Source of the DNA: Hyaloraphidium curvatum SAG 235-1 | Taxonomy: Eukaryota > Fungi > Monoblepharomycota | Assembly: GCA_025558095.1 (NCBI GenBank) | Contig: JAIVFI010000003.1 | Location: forward strand, 1 to 64,000 | Length of the DNA: 64,000 bases | Reading direction: 5' to 3' | Shown: in pieces, positions 1 to 11,807 of the stretch | Layout: the number at the start of each line of letters is the position of its first letter | Position numbering within the stretch: the first letter of the stretch is position 1 | Notes under the pieces: generated by a model | Database searches by the model: none | Told to the model about the DNA's origin: nothing | What the model saw: only the letters and a program-made list of their open reading frames with translations | Position numbers and translations under genes: made by a program

Positions 1-716
1 AGTGGACGGGCTGGAGCCGCCGGGGGAGGCCCGTGCCCGCTCGGGCTCGCTGCCTTCCTTGAGCAGCCTCTCCGCGTTGTCGGCATACATCCTGGAGAGC
101 GCATCGCGGTCCGCTGCCGACCAGCCGGGCAAATCAGCGGTGTTGACGCCGTTGGAGGCCATCGCGGCGAGGAGGGCGGTGGGACGCCTCCCCTCGCCGT
201 ACACGCTGGAAGTTCCCTCGAGGAAGGCCTTCTCGATCGTCTGCCGGTGAACCAGAGGGGCGTGGAGGTGCGATGAGTCCCAGAAGGCAGAGACGCAGGC
301 AAAGAGGACGTCCGGCGGCGGGTTCCCCCGCGAGGACGGGCGCCAGCCGTCCGTTTGGGACGCCGTCCTCGCGTGGGGTGCGGCCGCGTTCGAGCCCCGA
401 CGGCCCTCGCCGACCAGCGGCAGGGACGACGACGGAACGCCGCCGAGCCATTCGCGAACGCGCCGGCGGCGGCCGCCGGGTTGTGGGGGGACGCACGACC
501 GCCCGGTGCGGCGGCAGCGGGCGCACGTCGGTGAGCCGTTGTCGTATTCACACTTCTTCTGTTAAAGCACGACCCCGGTCAGATTCCGGCAGGAGATTGG
601 CCGGGAAACCGGAAAATTGCCTTCTGAATCCAGCAGGTCGCACATGCCGGCCTGGGCGCCGGGAGCGCAGGCGCGTGCTGCTGCTGCGGGGACAGCGACC
701 CGTCGGAGGAGCCCAT
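1..716 (-). CDS. Zn(II)2Cys6 (GAL4-type) transcription factor, 5' part; runs off the left edge
   Basis: ATG at 716. Joining across a GC-AG intron (620..559) gives ACATCWIQKKKCEYDNGSPTCARCRRTGRSC (C-x2-C-x6-C-x8-C-x2-C-x6-C). This is followed by PPPDVLFACVSAFWDSSHLHAPLVHRQTIEKAF...LLAAMA, typical of the fungal TF middle homology region. The frame stays open to position 1. The ORF track does not show this gene. Confidence 0.9.
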
Positions 717-1329
717 CGCGTGGGCGGTCGGTTTTCGGCCGTCGGTGGCCGGCGGCCGGACGCGGTCGCGATGGCGTATGTGGCTGGGCGGCGCAAGGCC
801 AGACCTCGTCCCCCGGATCTTGGCGGACCGCGACGAAAAGACGAATTCAAGGAACGGAAAGATGGCAGCCAAATGCTGGCAGTGAATCGAACGAAATGAT
901 GCGTCGGATGCACCTGCAGAGTTCGTCTGCCCGGTTCTCGGTCGGAGAGGACACCGCTCAGGGTGCCGACCGGGGTCCATCGTTGGGACAACCCTCGGCG
1001 ACAGCAGAACACGAACTGGCTACCGGCGCCACCGGGATGGCATCTCCTATCATCGCGCTTCTCGACAAATCTGATGTCGGGGTCGGCCATATAAATCGCG
1101 GTGGCGCGGGGAGGGCGGCCGGACGGGGGCTTCTCGGCTGCGCTCAGCCGGAGAGAATTACACCGCATAGCGACGGTGGCCGCCCGTCCGAAGTCCGCCC
1201 GCGGTCCTCAAGTTGCAACGGACCTGCGATTCGGGACTGTGGTCGCTGGAGCAGATGTTGGTCCGGGGTCGCAAGATGGCCGGGCGGTGCAGGCCGTGGT
1301 CCAATCCCCTCCGCTGCGGCGCCTTCTCA

Positions 1330-1535
1330 CATTACGATGTCGGTAGAGGCTCTTTCGGCAGCACCATAATGGCGACAGATCTCTTGCTGGAGACCAGCTC
1401 ATCGCGTAAGCCTCCTGTTCGGACGGGTGCACCGGGGCAGGCGCACGAAGGCCGCAATCTGCTGGGAGCGCTCCGTCCTCGCTGGACTTCCAGCGACGCC
1501 TGCGATTATGCGCTTGGTCATTGTTCCTCTCCGGA
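1330..1535 (+). pseudogene. possible degenerate protein-kinase N-lobe fragment
   Basis: YDVGRGSFGSTIMATDLL resembles the Gly-rich loop. In another frame, ICWERSVLAGLPATPAIMRL resembles alphaC Glu plus the LxHPxIxxL segment. The pieces are frameshifted and there is no catalytic loop. Confidence 0.3.
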
Positions 1536-1653
1536 AAATTGATCAGCACGACAATGTGCGGCACGCGCGGGACGCGCGAGGGCGGCGACTCGCCTCCCGT
1601 CTCCCAAACTGCCACCTGTCCCCGGCGTTTCCGTTCCCTCCCCCACGCCCAAA

Positions 1654-2872
1654 ATGGCACCCTCCAACATCGGCTTCCTCGAGCACGTCAACCTCACCGT
1701 GCCCAAGGGCCCCGAGGCGCACGCCCTCGCGCGGGCCTTCTACTTTGGGGTCCTGGGCTGCGCCGAGGATCCCAGGCCTGTTCAGCTCATGGGCAGGCAC
1801 GGCGGGCTTCTGTGGGCCAATGCGGGCCTCCAGCAGTTCCACCTGCCCGCGGCGGAGCAGGCGCAGGTGCTTCGTGGCCGGATCGTGATCGAGGTGGCGG
1901 ACCTGGACGCGGTGGCGGGCAACGCCGAGCGCGCCATGAGGGACGGCACCTTCCGCCGCACCGAGTTCTCGATGCGGAGGGTGCAGTACGCGCCGCCGCT
2001 CGCTTTCGAGGGGGCCAAGGACGCGCTGCTGCTCACGTGCCCGTGGGGGAACAAAATCGTCGCGGTAGAGGCAGCGCCGGCTGAGGGGCTGGCCGCCGAC
2101 AAGGCCCGTTGGATCAATCCGCACGATGCCGTGAGGAGCAAAGGACACCCCAAGCTCGAGGGCGAGGGGCCCACCCTGGCCAGTGGGTTCCCCCGGCGCC
2201 CGTCTCCCCCTTATCTCACGGCTCGCCCGCCCCCTTTAGCCGGAATCCGTGCCGTAGAGTTCTCCGTCCCCGCGCCCGCCCTCCCCCACATTGCCCGGCA
2301 CTTCCGCGACCTCCTCGGTGCCAAAGTCTCCTCGGTCAACCTCTCCGAGTCGATCCCCGGGGACGGCGGCGAGGAGGTCGGGCGGAGGCTGGGGGTCGTC
2401 GCGTGGGTCGGGCCACGGAACGAGCAGTGGATCTCGTTCGCGGAGCACCCGGGGGCGGAGCGGTGGGCGTACGACGGGCACCACCTCGCGCTGTGGGTCC
2501 TGCGCGCGCCGGGCGGGGCTTTGCTGATGTGCCCCGTGACCGACCCTCCCCTCACTCCGCATTCTCGCGTTCCCCTTCCCTCCCCGCCCTGCCGCGCGGT
2601 TGCCGCCGCCCTCCAGGTACATCGGCGCCTTCGAAGCCTCCCACGATCTCGCCGCCTCCCGGCGCCTCATCTTCGCCGACCACAAGTTCCAGCACCTGGA
2701 CCGCGCCGAGGACTGGGAGAAGGTGCAGCAGTACCGACTCCTCGAGATTTCCGACGGGGAGGGCAAGCGCGCGTGGGAGATCGAGCTGGAGGTCAGGTCG
2801 TTCGCGAACAGGTTCTGCCCGGTGGTCAGGGAGGCGGTGGAGGGAGGGGAGGGCGAGGCGGCGAGACTATGA
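1654..2872 (+). CDS. glyoxalase/VOC-superfamily protein (two VOC-like halves)
   Basis: EHVNLTVP...RAFYFGVLG...LWANAGLQQFHLP and YDGHHLALYI...ELEVRS. Introns 2183-2239 and 2493-2616, both with GTGGGT donors. Stop at 2872. Confidence 0.75.
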
Positions 2873-3013
2873 GGCCGGCGGGTGTCTTTCTTTGGTGGCC
2901 ATTCCTTTCTGCACATATCGTTTGCGTCGCGAAGCAATCGTGTCGTTCGCGACCGACGCGTCAATCGCCCTCGGCACGCACGCCGCCTCATGCCTCCATG
3001 CCTCGGCCGGTCC

Positions 3014-6000
3014 TCACCCAAACAGGTTCCGCCTGTAGCTGTCCACCATCGAGTCGAACCTCGCCTCCTCTCGGTCCTCCCTCCTCGCCTTCTTGGCCGG
3101 CGCCGCCGCCCCCTCCTGCTTCTTCGCCTTGTGCGGGACCTTTGCCTTGGCCGGGGGCTGCGTGGCAGGCTTCGACGCCGGCTTGGCCGCCTTTGCCATG
3201 GCCTTGCTTCCGTCCGCCCCCGCTTTCGCTGCCGGCCCCGCCTTGGCCTTCTTGCCCGGCTTGCCCACCTTCGCCGGCTTCTCAGCCCCGGCACCCCCGT
3301 CGGCCTTGCCCGGCGACCCGTCCTCCAGCTTCCGCTTCTTGGAGCTCTGGTTCCAGCGCTCGTGCCGCTGCTTCTTGCCCTTGCCCGCGGACGGTGCGTC
3401 CTCGGCGCCCTCGCGCTTGCGCTTCCCGGGCGACGCGTCGGGCCTGCCGCCCTTGCCCGCCGCGCCCTTGTCCCCGTCCCCTGCTGGGCCCGCGGCGCCG
3501 CCGGACTTGGCCTTGGCGATCTTGGCCTCCCGCTTCCTGACGATGAGCCGGTTCTCGATGGCGAACTCGACGATCGGCCGCTTCCTCGCCTCGGGGATCG
3601 CCTTGCCCTCCTCGCCGCCCTCCTTCTTCTTCTTCTTGCCAGCGGAGGCCGCGATCTCCCCCTCGGGCCCGCGCTGCAGGAGCTCGCGGTAGCAGTCCGG
3701 GTTGTTGTTGAGCCACCGCAGGCACCTCAGCGCGTCCGCGTGCGCCTCGAACTCGACGAACCCGATCCCCTTGGACCGCGGCTTGCCCGTCGCCAAGTCG
3801 ATCCGGTCCTCCTCCACCAGCAGCTTGGCCTGCTTCACCCTGCCCCCGGCCTGCTCCCCAGCATCCTCGTCCAGCGGCTCCCGCGCGCCGGAGCGGACCT
3901 CGGCGTCGAACGCCCGCACGGCCCCGCGCGCCAGCGCCTTGAGCTCCTTCTCCCCGACCCCGGCCCAGAGGTTGCGCACGCTCAGCCTGGTCTTGCTCAC
4001 GAACAGGTTCGGGTTGGCCTCGAGCTGCCTCCGCCGCTCGTCGTACGACGCCTGCCGCTTGCCCAGCTCCGCCGACGACAGCCCCTCCGCCGCCGGCGTC
4101 CCCGGAAGGACCAGCCCCTCGCGGAGCAGGTACGCGTTGCGCTTGTCCCGCGCGCGCAGCTCCTTCCTCGTCCTGCTCCCCAGCGCCGCCGAGTCCTCCC
4201 GCGAGACGGCGGGGAGCACGTGCAGGAACCTCCCGCGGAGGTGGAACGGGGTCGACAGCGCCGGCTCGGGGACGAGGATCGACCGCGCGGGCTCCTTGTC
4301 CTTGCCCTTGGCGGCGGGGGCGGCGCGGGCGGGGGGTTCGCAGGCGGCGTAGCGCGCGAGGCAGGCGGCGGAGGAAGAGGGGTCGACGAAGCGGACAAAG
4401 GCGGTGCCGCGGGGCTTGCCGGTGGCCTTGTCGAGGACGAGGCGGACGTAGCGCACCCGGCCGAACTGCGCGAACCTAAACAGGGGGGAGAGGAGGTCAG
4501 ATAGCGAAGGCGGTGGAGTCCCGGTGGGTCCCACTTCTCCTTGAGCTCCTCCTCGGTCGTCTCAAAGTCCAGGTTCCGGACAAACAGCGTCGTCCCGTCG
4601 TCCGTGTCCCCCTTCTTGGTCTCCCCGTCGGAGTCCTCCTCGGAGCCCAAAGAGGACGAGCCGTCCTCGCCCTCCGATATCTCCGCGTCCTCGTCGCCGC
4701 TCGCGTCGGACCCGTCCCCGTCCGAGCCGGCGTCCATGCCGTCGACGGTGACCTTGATCCCGTCGTCCGAGTCGGAGCTAGAGTCGGATCCCGACCCGGA
4801 ACCCGAGCTCGACCCCTCCCTGGACCCATCTTCGCCATCGTCCCCGCTCTCCTCCCCACCTTCCCCCTCCCCCTCCTTCGCCCTCACCTCCTCCCACCGC
4901 TCCCTCGGCAGGCTCCAATCCACCGCCACCCGCCTCCCCAGCATCTCCCCCCCGTTAAGGTCCATTCCCCTCACCGCGTCCGCCATGGTGGCGTACTCGA
5001 CGAACCCGAAACCCGCGGGCTTGCCCTCGTGGGTCTTGGAGACGGAGACGGAGACGGGGGCGACCGCGGGCGAGGTGGGGCCCGACGGGCGCGGGGGGAG
5101 GGTGAAGAACTTTATGAGGTGCTTCTCGCCGGCCGAAAAGTGCAGGTTGCGGACGATCAGCCGCGGGCGGGTGACCTCGACGCCGTCCACCGCCACGCGG
5201 ATGTCGCCCTGGGAGGCGGAGGCGCCGGTCGGGAGGGACCAGTCCGCGGGGCGGCCCTTGGGCGGGTGGGGCACTTCGCGGCGGGATTCGAGGGCGACGG
5301 AGATGCGGACGTCGTCGATCTTGTGCTTGTTGAGCCTGAAACGGGCGAGAAGAGGTGAGCTGTTGTGAAGCGACGGGAACGGCAAGCCCACCTTTCGACG
5401 AGGTGGTCCGAGAGCCGCTTCTCCCCCACCCTCTTCCCCTTGTCCTTCTTCTTCTTAGTCACGAACCGGTGCACGTGGTCCGGCACCTCTGCCCTGGCCC
5501 GCGTCGGATCCCCGCCGTACCCCATGACCAAAATGCGGGGGTGGAGGAAATGCTGGTAGTTCTCAGGGATCGTTTTGCGGATCTTCTTGTACAGCCGCTT
5601 GTGGTCAAGGCCGGGGGGGAGGTTGGAGAAGAGGAGGGCGGCGATGGGGACGGTGCGCTTGGAGAGGGCGGCGGCGCGCTCGGCCCTTTTGGCGGCACGG
5701 AGGGCCTTCTTTTCAGGGCCGGCGGGGAGCAGGGAATGGTTCTGTGGAAGGGGGGAGGGGATGAGCTGGGAATCGGCGGCGTCCGGCACGACCCACCACC
5801 TCGAACTTCTCTTTCTTCGCTCTGCCCCCCCCTGCCTCGTCCTCGACGCCCTCCTTCCGCAGGCTCTTGGGTTTGGCGAACTCGACCTTGATCTTGCGCT
5901 CGGCCCCCGCGGCGGCCCTGAAGTTCTTGTTGTGCAGGTCCTCGACCGCCCGCGCGGCGTCCTCGTGGATCGCGAATCTGACGAAACCAATGTCCTTGCC

Positions 6001-6363
6001 GCCCACCACGAACGCGCTCCGGATGGGGCCGATCTCGCCGAAAGAGGCCTCGAGGTCGGCCGAGGTGCAGCCGTCAGGCAGGTTGCGGACGAACAGGGTG
6101 AGCTTGGAGCGCGCGTCGGCGGGGTCGGGGGCGGCGGGGCCGGCGGAGGGGGCAGAGGGGGGAGGGGGGCCGGCCGAAGGAGGGGCGCCGGCAGCAGACG
6201 AAGCGGCCGCGGCCACCCGCGCCGCCTTCTTGGCGGTTTTCGGCTTGGCCTTGACGCCCTTCTTCTCCACGCGGTTCTCAGAAGTCGATGCGCCGGGCAG
6301 CCCCGCAGCGGGCGGCTTCCACGCCTTCTCCGGCCTCCGCTCGATCGGCTTCGGCCGCGCCAT
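3014..6363 (-). CDS. NOP4: nucleolar multi-RRM protein Nop4/RBM28 (60S biogenesis)
   Basis: RRMs: TLFVRNLP..IGFVRFA, RLIVRNL..GFGFVEY, TLFVRNLDF..RGTAFVRF, and NPNLFVSKTRLSVRNL..RSKGIGFVEF..RPIVEFAIEN. Acidic linker and a DKRNAYLLREG motif. Introns approximately 5742-5796, 5336-5391 and 4476-4534. Confidence 0.92.
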
Positions 6364-7117
6364 CGGGGCGAAGAGGCGTGGGGAAGGCGGGCGAACGCCG
6401 GCTCGGCAATGTGGGGTTGTTTGGAAAGGGTTGTGTGCAAGCAGTGCCCCCTTTCAATCTTTCGCGCAGGACGGGCGCGCAACGGCCCCCACGGGGAGCA
6501 CGAGATCGCGCTGGAAAGTCAGCGGGCTCCGGCCGTCCTGCTTGACCATCAGGCTGACGAGGTACTCCTCCATGGTGACGTGGCGGTGCGGCAGGATGCC
6601 TCCTCCGCCGGTGGGTCGCCCGAGAGCGGGTGCCGAGCAGCGAGCTCGAAATGGGAGTGTTCGGCCGCCCAAGGCTCCCGCAGAGGCTGTCGAGAGGTCG
6701 CGCACTAAGCGGTTTCGCTGATTCGCTAGCTGCGGGGGTGCATCTCAGCCGCGGGAGCTCACTGCTCTTCCACCAGAGAGCTAGCCTCCGTCCTCGCCCC
6801 GCGGGCGCGGAGGCTGCTGGGCTCAGTCGATCGGAGCCCGCTCCTTGTGTGCAGAAGTGTGCAGCAGGGACCCCGCTCCGCGCAGGTCGCGGTGGGCTGG
6901 TCAAGCGCCGTGGGGTGCAATGTCGGTCTACTCGGTCGGCCTTCCCGTCCTCCAGCGTGGAAGGCATCCAATTTATTTCTGCCGGAAGATTGTCCTGGTC
7001 GGGTCGGAGCGTCCGGCGGGCTTCCGGTGTGCGGAGTTTGCCTCGTTCTTGGCGGTTTGCCACGCACCCGCCTGTCTCCCAACCGCGCACCTTCCTGCCC
7101 TTCGAACAGCCCCCGCC

Positions 7118-7998
7118 ATGTCCCGCGCGCCGCGGCTCCTCGGCACCGACGGCCGCCCGCGCGTGTGCCTCGTCACGGGCGCGTCCAAGGGCATGGGCCG
7201 CGCGCACTCGCTCGCGCTGGCGCGGGAGGGCGCGCACGTCGTGCTGACGGACCTGTCGTCGCAGACGGCCGCCGGCGAGGCCGTGGCGAAGGAGATCGAG
7301 GCGATCGGCGGCAAAGCCATCTTCCTGCCGCTGGACGTGACCAAGGAGTCGGACTGGGAGCGCGTCATCGTCGAGACCGAGCGGGCGTTCGGCGGGCTGC
7401 ACGTGCTGGTCAACAACGCCGGCGGTGCGTTCCGCGAGGAGACGCCCGAGAACATGGAGTTCGGCGAGGGATCCGCGTGGCGCAAGACGCTGGCGCTCAA
7501 CCTGGACGGCGTGGCGATGGGGACCAAGTGGGGCATGCGGCTGATGAAGAAGACCCAGGGGGCGGATCGCAAGAGCATCATCAACATCAGCTCGCTCGCG
7601 GGGCTCAAGGGGATCATCGGGAGCTACGCCTACGGGGCCGCCAAGGGGGCCGTGAACATCTACTCCAAGGTGCCCCGCCGACGCGATCGCCCCGACCCCT
7701 GCCCGCACCTGATCCCCTTCCCCCGCATCTGCAGTCCGCCGCCATCTACGCCTCCCGCTTCGGCATCAACATCAACACCGTCCACCCCGGCTCCATCCTT
7801 ACCGACTTCCACTCCAACCTCATGGGCACCACCGCCGCCGGCGCCGAGCAGGCCGACAAGATCGCGGCGCGCTCGGCGATCCGCAAGCCGCTCATGCCCG
7901 AGGACGTGAGCGGGCTGATCGTGTACCTGGCGAGCCTGGAGAGCGCGTTCGCGACGGCGACGAGCTACTCCATAGACGCCGGCATGGCCAACATGTGA
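7118..7998 (+). CDS. classical short-chain dehydrogenase/reductase (3-beta/17-beta-HSD / FabG-like)
   Basis: TGASKGMG, NNAG, NISS, YGAAK and INTVHPG motifs. Intron 7670-7734. Confidence 0.92.
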
Positions 7999-8237
7999 GG
8001 GGCGGGCGCGGGCTTCGGGTTGGGTTGGGCAACGCCTGGAGGGGAGGGGGATCGGACATACGTCAGGGCGCGCGTCGGCGTGCCCCGCTTTCGCCCGCGG
8101 ACACGGCGCCGAACGCGTGGAATCCGGGGGCATCAAGGAGAAAGGAAGAACGCGGGGGCCGATTGTGTACGAGCTTTGCGGGTGATTCATTCCCTGCCGT
8201 ATCGGTAGGCCCGCCGCGCCCGGCTCCACGTCGTGCG

Positions 8238-8800
8238 ATGGACGAAGACGCGCTCCCGCCGGCGACGGCAGACGACTTCGGAGACCGAGTCTGGCTGGCC
8301 CCGCCGGAACAGGAAGCGCGCGCGCGGCGAGCCCCGCGGACCTCCCCTTCCTCATACGGAGCACGGGGCCGGTGCTCCGCTGGTCCATGTGGACGTTCGT
8401 CAACGTCGCGCTGCGCTCCAGGCCCGCGGTGCCGTGGTTCCACTACTGCTACGGCCCGGTGACGAGCGCCGCGGTGCATTTTCCTCGCCGTCTACACGTC
8501 GATCATTTCGTCCCTCATGCGCGCCGTGGCCACCGGTTCCTTCGTGCTGATCCGCCTCTGGGGCCGGCTCCAGCTGCGCGCACTCCGAATCGCCCTTGCG
8601 GAGCTCGAAGCCTCGTTCGAGTCGCGCATCCCCCGAGAAGACCGCTGGCCCCTACGCAGCCCCGCCTCCTGACGCCGCGGACCGGCCGGACCTTTACGCA
8701 GTGCTACATGCCAACGCCCTCGGGAGCTGGAACCTCGCGTCGAGCCATGCAGGGTTCGCCCTGTGGCAGATTAGCGCCGACGATTTCCCCCAAAGTGTCC
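8238..8800 (+). pseudogene. frameshifted relic of an unknown, probably membrane, protein
   Basis: Coding-like pieces in shifting frames: MDEDALPPATADDFGDRVWLAP / DLPFLIRSTGP / VLRWSMWTFVNVAL / IISSLMRAVATGSFVLIRLW / PDLYAVLHANALGSWNL. No continuous ORF or plausible spliced model. Confidence 0.35.
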
Positions 8801-9114
8801 GCTCCAGGACGCCGGTGCCCCGGCAGTTCCGATCCCCTATCCTACCCCTATCCCCAGTTCCGTCGCGGTCGGCGACGCCGCGCGGCCGTCAAAACACCCT
8901 ATCCTCGGCGGTGCCCTGAACCGGGTGTCTCCTCCCGCATGAAAATGTGCTTTCGGTGTCGACGCTGAGCCCGAGGGCGTGTGCTGCCGCGGGGTCCGAT
9001 GCGGCCGGCCGGGGACGACGAGGGATCGGAGGGGCCCGATTAAGGCACCCTCGTGCGGCGCCCGCGATCGTACATTCGCGCGGATACCGGCGCGTCCCAA
9101 GCGGATGCGCAGCG

Positions 9115-9147
9115 GATCCGATCCGATCCGATCCGACCCGATCCGAT
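9115..9147. repeat. (GATCC)n pentanucleotide microsatellite, about 6.5 units
   Basis: gatcc gatcc gatcc gatcc gaccc gatcc gat. Confidence 0.9.
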
Positions 9148-9190
9148 GGCCCAGTTCGAGGGAATCAAGGGATGCGAATAAGCTCCGACG

Positions 9191-9200
9191 GTGACGTCAC
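9191..9200. promoter_or_regulatory. CRE/ATF palindrome GTGACGTCAC upstream of secreted-protein copy 1
   Basis: Perfect 10-bp palindrome 220 bp before the ATG at 9411. The same site recurs at 16839-16848 before copy 3. Confidence 0.55.
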
Positions 9201-9410
9201 GGGAACACTCCGGCCGCCCCGCTGCGCGGGCTGCCCGGGCCGCATGCAACCCAGCGATGGGTCGGAAAGCGGCGAGGAGCCTCTCCCCGAGCCGGTGCTG
9301 GTGTGCGCGGGGGCCGGCCGGGTCGTCGGCCCATGACTCGCCGGCCTGGGCAATAGAAAAGGAAGCGCGAGGACCCGCATCCTCACTCAACACCGAGAAC
9401 AACACCAACG

Positions 9411-9983
9411 ATGGCGCCTCCTGCCCGCCACGCCCTCGCCGCCCTCGCCGCCCTCCTCCTTCTCGTAGCCGGCGCCGCCGCCGGCCCGGTCGCGGGCGGC
9501 GCGGCCCTGTTCCGCCGGTCGTGCGCCGACTGCTCCGACGCCGAGTTCTGGTGCGCCGCCGCCCCTGTTGCTTGCCCGCTTCCGATCTGATGGGCGCATT
9601 CTTCCCGTTGCCAGCGAGTTCGCCTACCCCGGCACCCCGGCCGACCACGTCGCCTGCGTCGCCCACTCCTCCGCCAGGAGCCTCTACCGCCGCTACGGTG
9701 CGCCCTCCCTCCACGCGGCCCCGTCCCCGCCCTGACCCTTCCCCCCTTCACAGCCGCCGGCCCCACAACCTGCCCAGGCCGCGGCTGCACCGCAGGCACC
9801 GGCCAAAGCTTCGCCTTCAACGTGGCCACCCCCGCCGCCTGCCTCGCGCTTTGCACGGGGAGCTGCACAGTGGCGGACTGGGAACCGGAAGAAATCTGCA
9901 TTAAGTACGCATCGTGCACCACGTGGGTTGCAAGCGGGGGGTCGGTGGTGTACGTCAAGGCGCCGTCGACGTGTCCCGCCTAG
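9411..9983 (+). CDS. small secreted Cys-rich protein, copy 1 (signal peptide, two RR Kex2-type sites, C-terminal PAN/apple-like Cys domain)
   Basis: Introns 9551-9614 and 9698-9753 give MAPPARHALAALAALLLLVAGAAAGPVAGGAALFRR-SCADCSDAEFCEFAYPGTPADHVACVAHSSARSLYRR-YAAGPTTCPGRGCTAG...ACLALCTGSCTVADWEPEEICIKYASCTTW...VYVKAPSTCPA. Two paralogues share the same intron positions. Confidence 0.85.
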
Positions 9984-10239
9984 CGGAGAGAGGGGCGGCG
10001 CCGAACGAGGGGAATCTGGGAGCATCGAGACGGAAGAATGCAAAGGAACAATGGAAAAAAGGCATCCAGATTCTTTTGCGGGCGATGCATCGGCGGCGCA
10101 AACTGGGTGATGGCCGCGATCTCAGGCACCACGGTTGCGTGGGCAGAAATCCATCCGTTGCCGCCCCGTGGCGAGCCGGAATATTCCCGTCCCGATCCGT
10201 CGCAAGCACGCCGAGGCCAAGGCTTCCAAGCGCGCAGGC

Positions 10240-10426
10240 AGGGGATCCGGACGGCGTCGCCGAAGGGAGCTTCTGCGCCGCGTGCCTGTCGACCTCGAGC
10301 GATCGCGGCCGCGGGATGCAGCGCTATGTGAGGTGCAAGGCCGCGCGGTACAACTCTGAAGATTGTCAAAAGAGCGATTAGCCGAGGCACAAAGGGCTTT
10401 GCGTGTCGAAGGACAGGGGAAAGTGA
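10240..10426 (+). pseudogene. MYND-type zinc-finger relic 1
   Basis: EGSFCAAC...MQRYVRCKAARYNSEDCQKSD*PRHKGLC. TAG at 10379-10381 replaces the conserved Trp, and two Cys positions are lost. Confidence 0.75.
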
Positions 10427-10739
10427 GGCGTCCGAATCAGATCAGACGTAGCTACGCGATCGCACGCTAGCGAGAATGTGATGTAGAGGCTAGAAAGAAA
10501 CTCTGCAAAGGACGTACTTAAGGTCTGAGTGTTCGGCGAGAGACGTGGACACCAAGCGCGGGTGATGGGGTCGTGCGTCCGTGGCTCCCGGCAATTTTCT
10601 CGTTCACCGAGACGCCTGCTGCGGCGCAGGTCCAAGCTCTCTATCTCGCCCTACAATTCTCGCAACGCGCGTTCGCTAATCCGGACCCTCGTTTCTTATC
10701 ATTACGACCCGTCGGAGGCCACGTCGGACGGAAACGCGA

Positions 10740-11406
10740 CGCGATCTTGGCCCACAAAGTCGGTTGCGCCCGCACGGAGTGGACTGCGCTCGCGGTGCAG
10801 GCCCGCACCCCGGAGTATCGGTCTACTCTCCAGATGACCCTAGCCAACACCCAGGATGTGAGCCAAGAAACCGTTGCGATTTGGCTGTGGTCCGACACCG
10901 GGATCGTGGACAAGCAGCTCGACACCATCCTTTCGCTCCCAAACGCTCCCCGTCTAAACAAATGCCAGGAGCGACCATCTGCGTTTGCGGACGACTTTCA
11001 GACTTGCGGTACGATAAGCAGGGTGGGCTCAGAAAGTGGCGCTGCTTCTCCTGCGGTGCAATCAGCTGCGCGCACTTCCTCGCCGTGGCCCCACCGACCC
11101 ACCGCGCCGCCTGCCGCCCGCGGTGCTCATCAAGTGGGATGCCCACGTTTTCCCGCACTGCGATGCACCGGCCTGCCGCAAGCTCGCCGCCGCCGAGGTC
11201 GACAAGTCGACAAGTACGCCCACGGCGTGGTCGAGGGGACCTTCTGCACCGCTTGCCCCTCCAGCTCGACCAATCGCACGAAAGGGATGCAACGCTGCGC
11301 TAGATGCAAGACTGTGCGCTGCTGCTCGGTCGAGTGCCAACGAAAGGACTGACCGAGGCACAAGACCGCGTGCGCGCCGAAGGAGAACGGCAAGGACAGC
11401 AGGTGA
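10740..11406 (+). pseudogene. MYND-type zinc-finger gene relic 2
   Basis: EGTFCTAC...MQRCARCKTVRCCSVECQRKD*PRHKTAC, with TGA at 11350-11352. An 8-nt duplication at 11198-11213 and other frameshifts break the upstream Cys-containing part (CFSCGAISCAHF; HVFPHCDAPAC). The 5' limit is approximate. Confidence 0.75.
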
Positions 11407-11807
11407 CGAGCGAGGGTCACCGTGGACTCGGATGACAGCGAGTGCGCTTAGCAGCGATGTGACGATTCCGATTGGACCGGTAGCGTGGTCTCCAGGTGTC
11501 GATCGAGCCCAAGCCCGGCCACCCGCAACAATTCGGACCATTGCACAGCCACGACCCGTCTTTCGCGCTCCTCGGCCTTCCCCTGGGATCCTTCACCGCG
11601 CCAAGCAGGCAGACTGCCGGGGTGCTGTCCTGCGGCGGCGGCTGCAGTTGACTCTTTTCCGAGGGCGCCGGTGTCCCTGGGGTGCGCTCCGTCGATTTGT
11701 CCTTGTGACCCTCCGCGCTTCCTGGTGCGCGCTTTCCCGTCCTTTGGCGCCTTCTGCGGCTGCCGAGTCTAACCCATGATCACTTTGAAGGGGTCTGAAC
11801 GCGCGCC

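Noticed and set aside
2-250. 82-aa + strand ORF at the window start
   Set aside because: It is the antisense shadow of the Zn2Cys6 TF on the minus strand, which has the recognisable motifs.
6454-6600. Coding-like piece (MEEYLVSLMVKQDGRSPLTFQRDLVLP) upstream of NOP4
   Set aside because: Too short and no recognisable family; I cannot tell a uORF from a relic or chance.
10474-10535. GTGATGT...CTGA as a second C/D snoRNA
   Set aside because: Box C is imperfect, it lies just 3' of a pseudogene, and no guide target was recognised.
10379-11352. Stop-codon recoding or A-to-I repair of TAG/TGA to Trp in the MYND genes
   Set aside because: Both copies have other lesions (lost Cys, frameshifts), and intact genes here use TGG for Trp and end in TAG/TGA normally. 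Plain pseudogenisation explains it.
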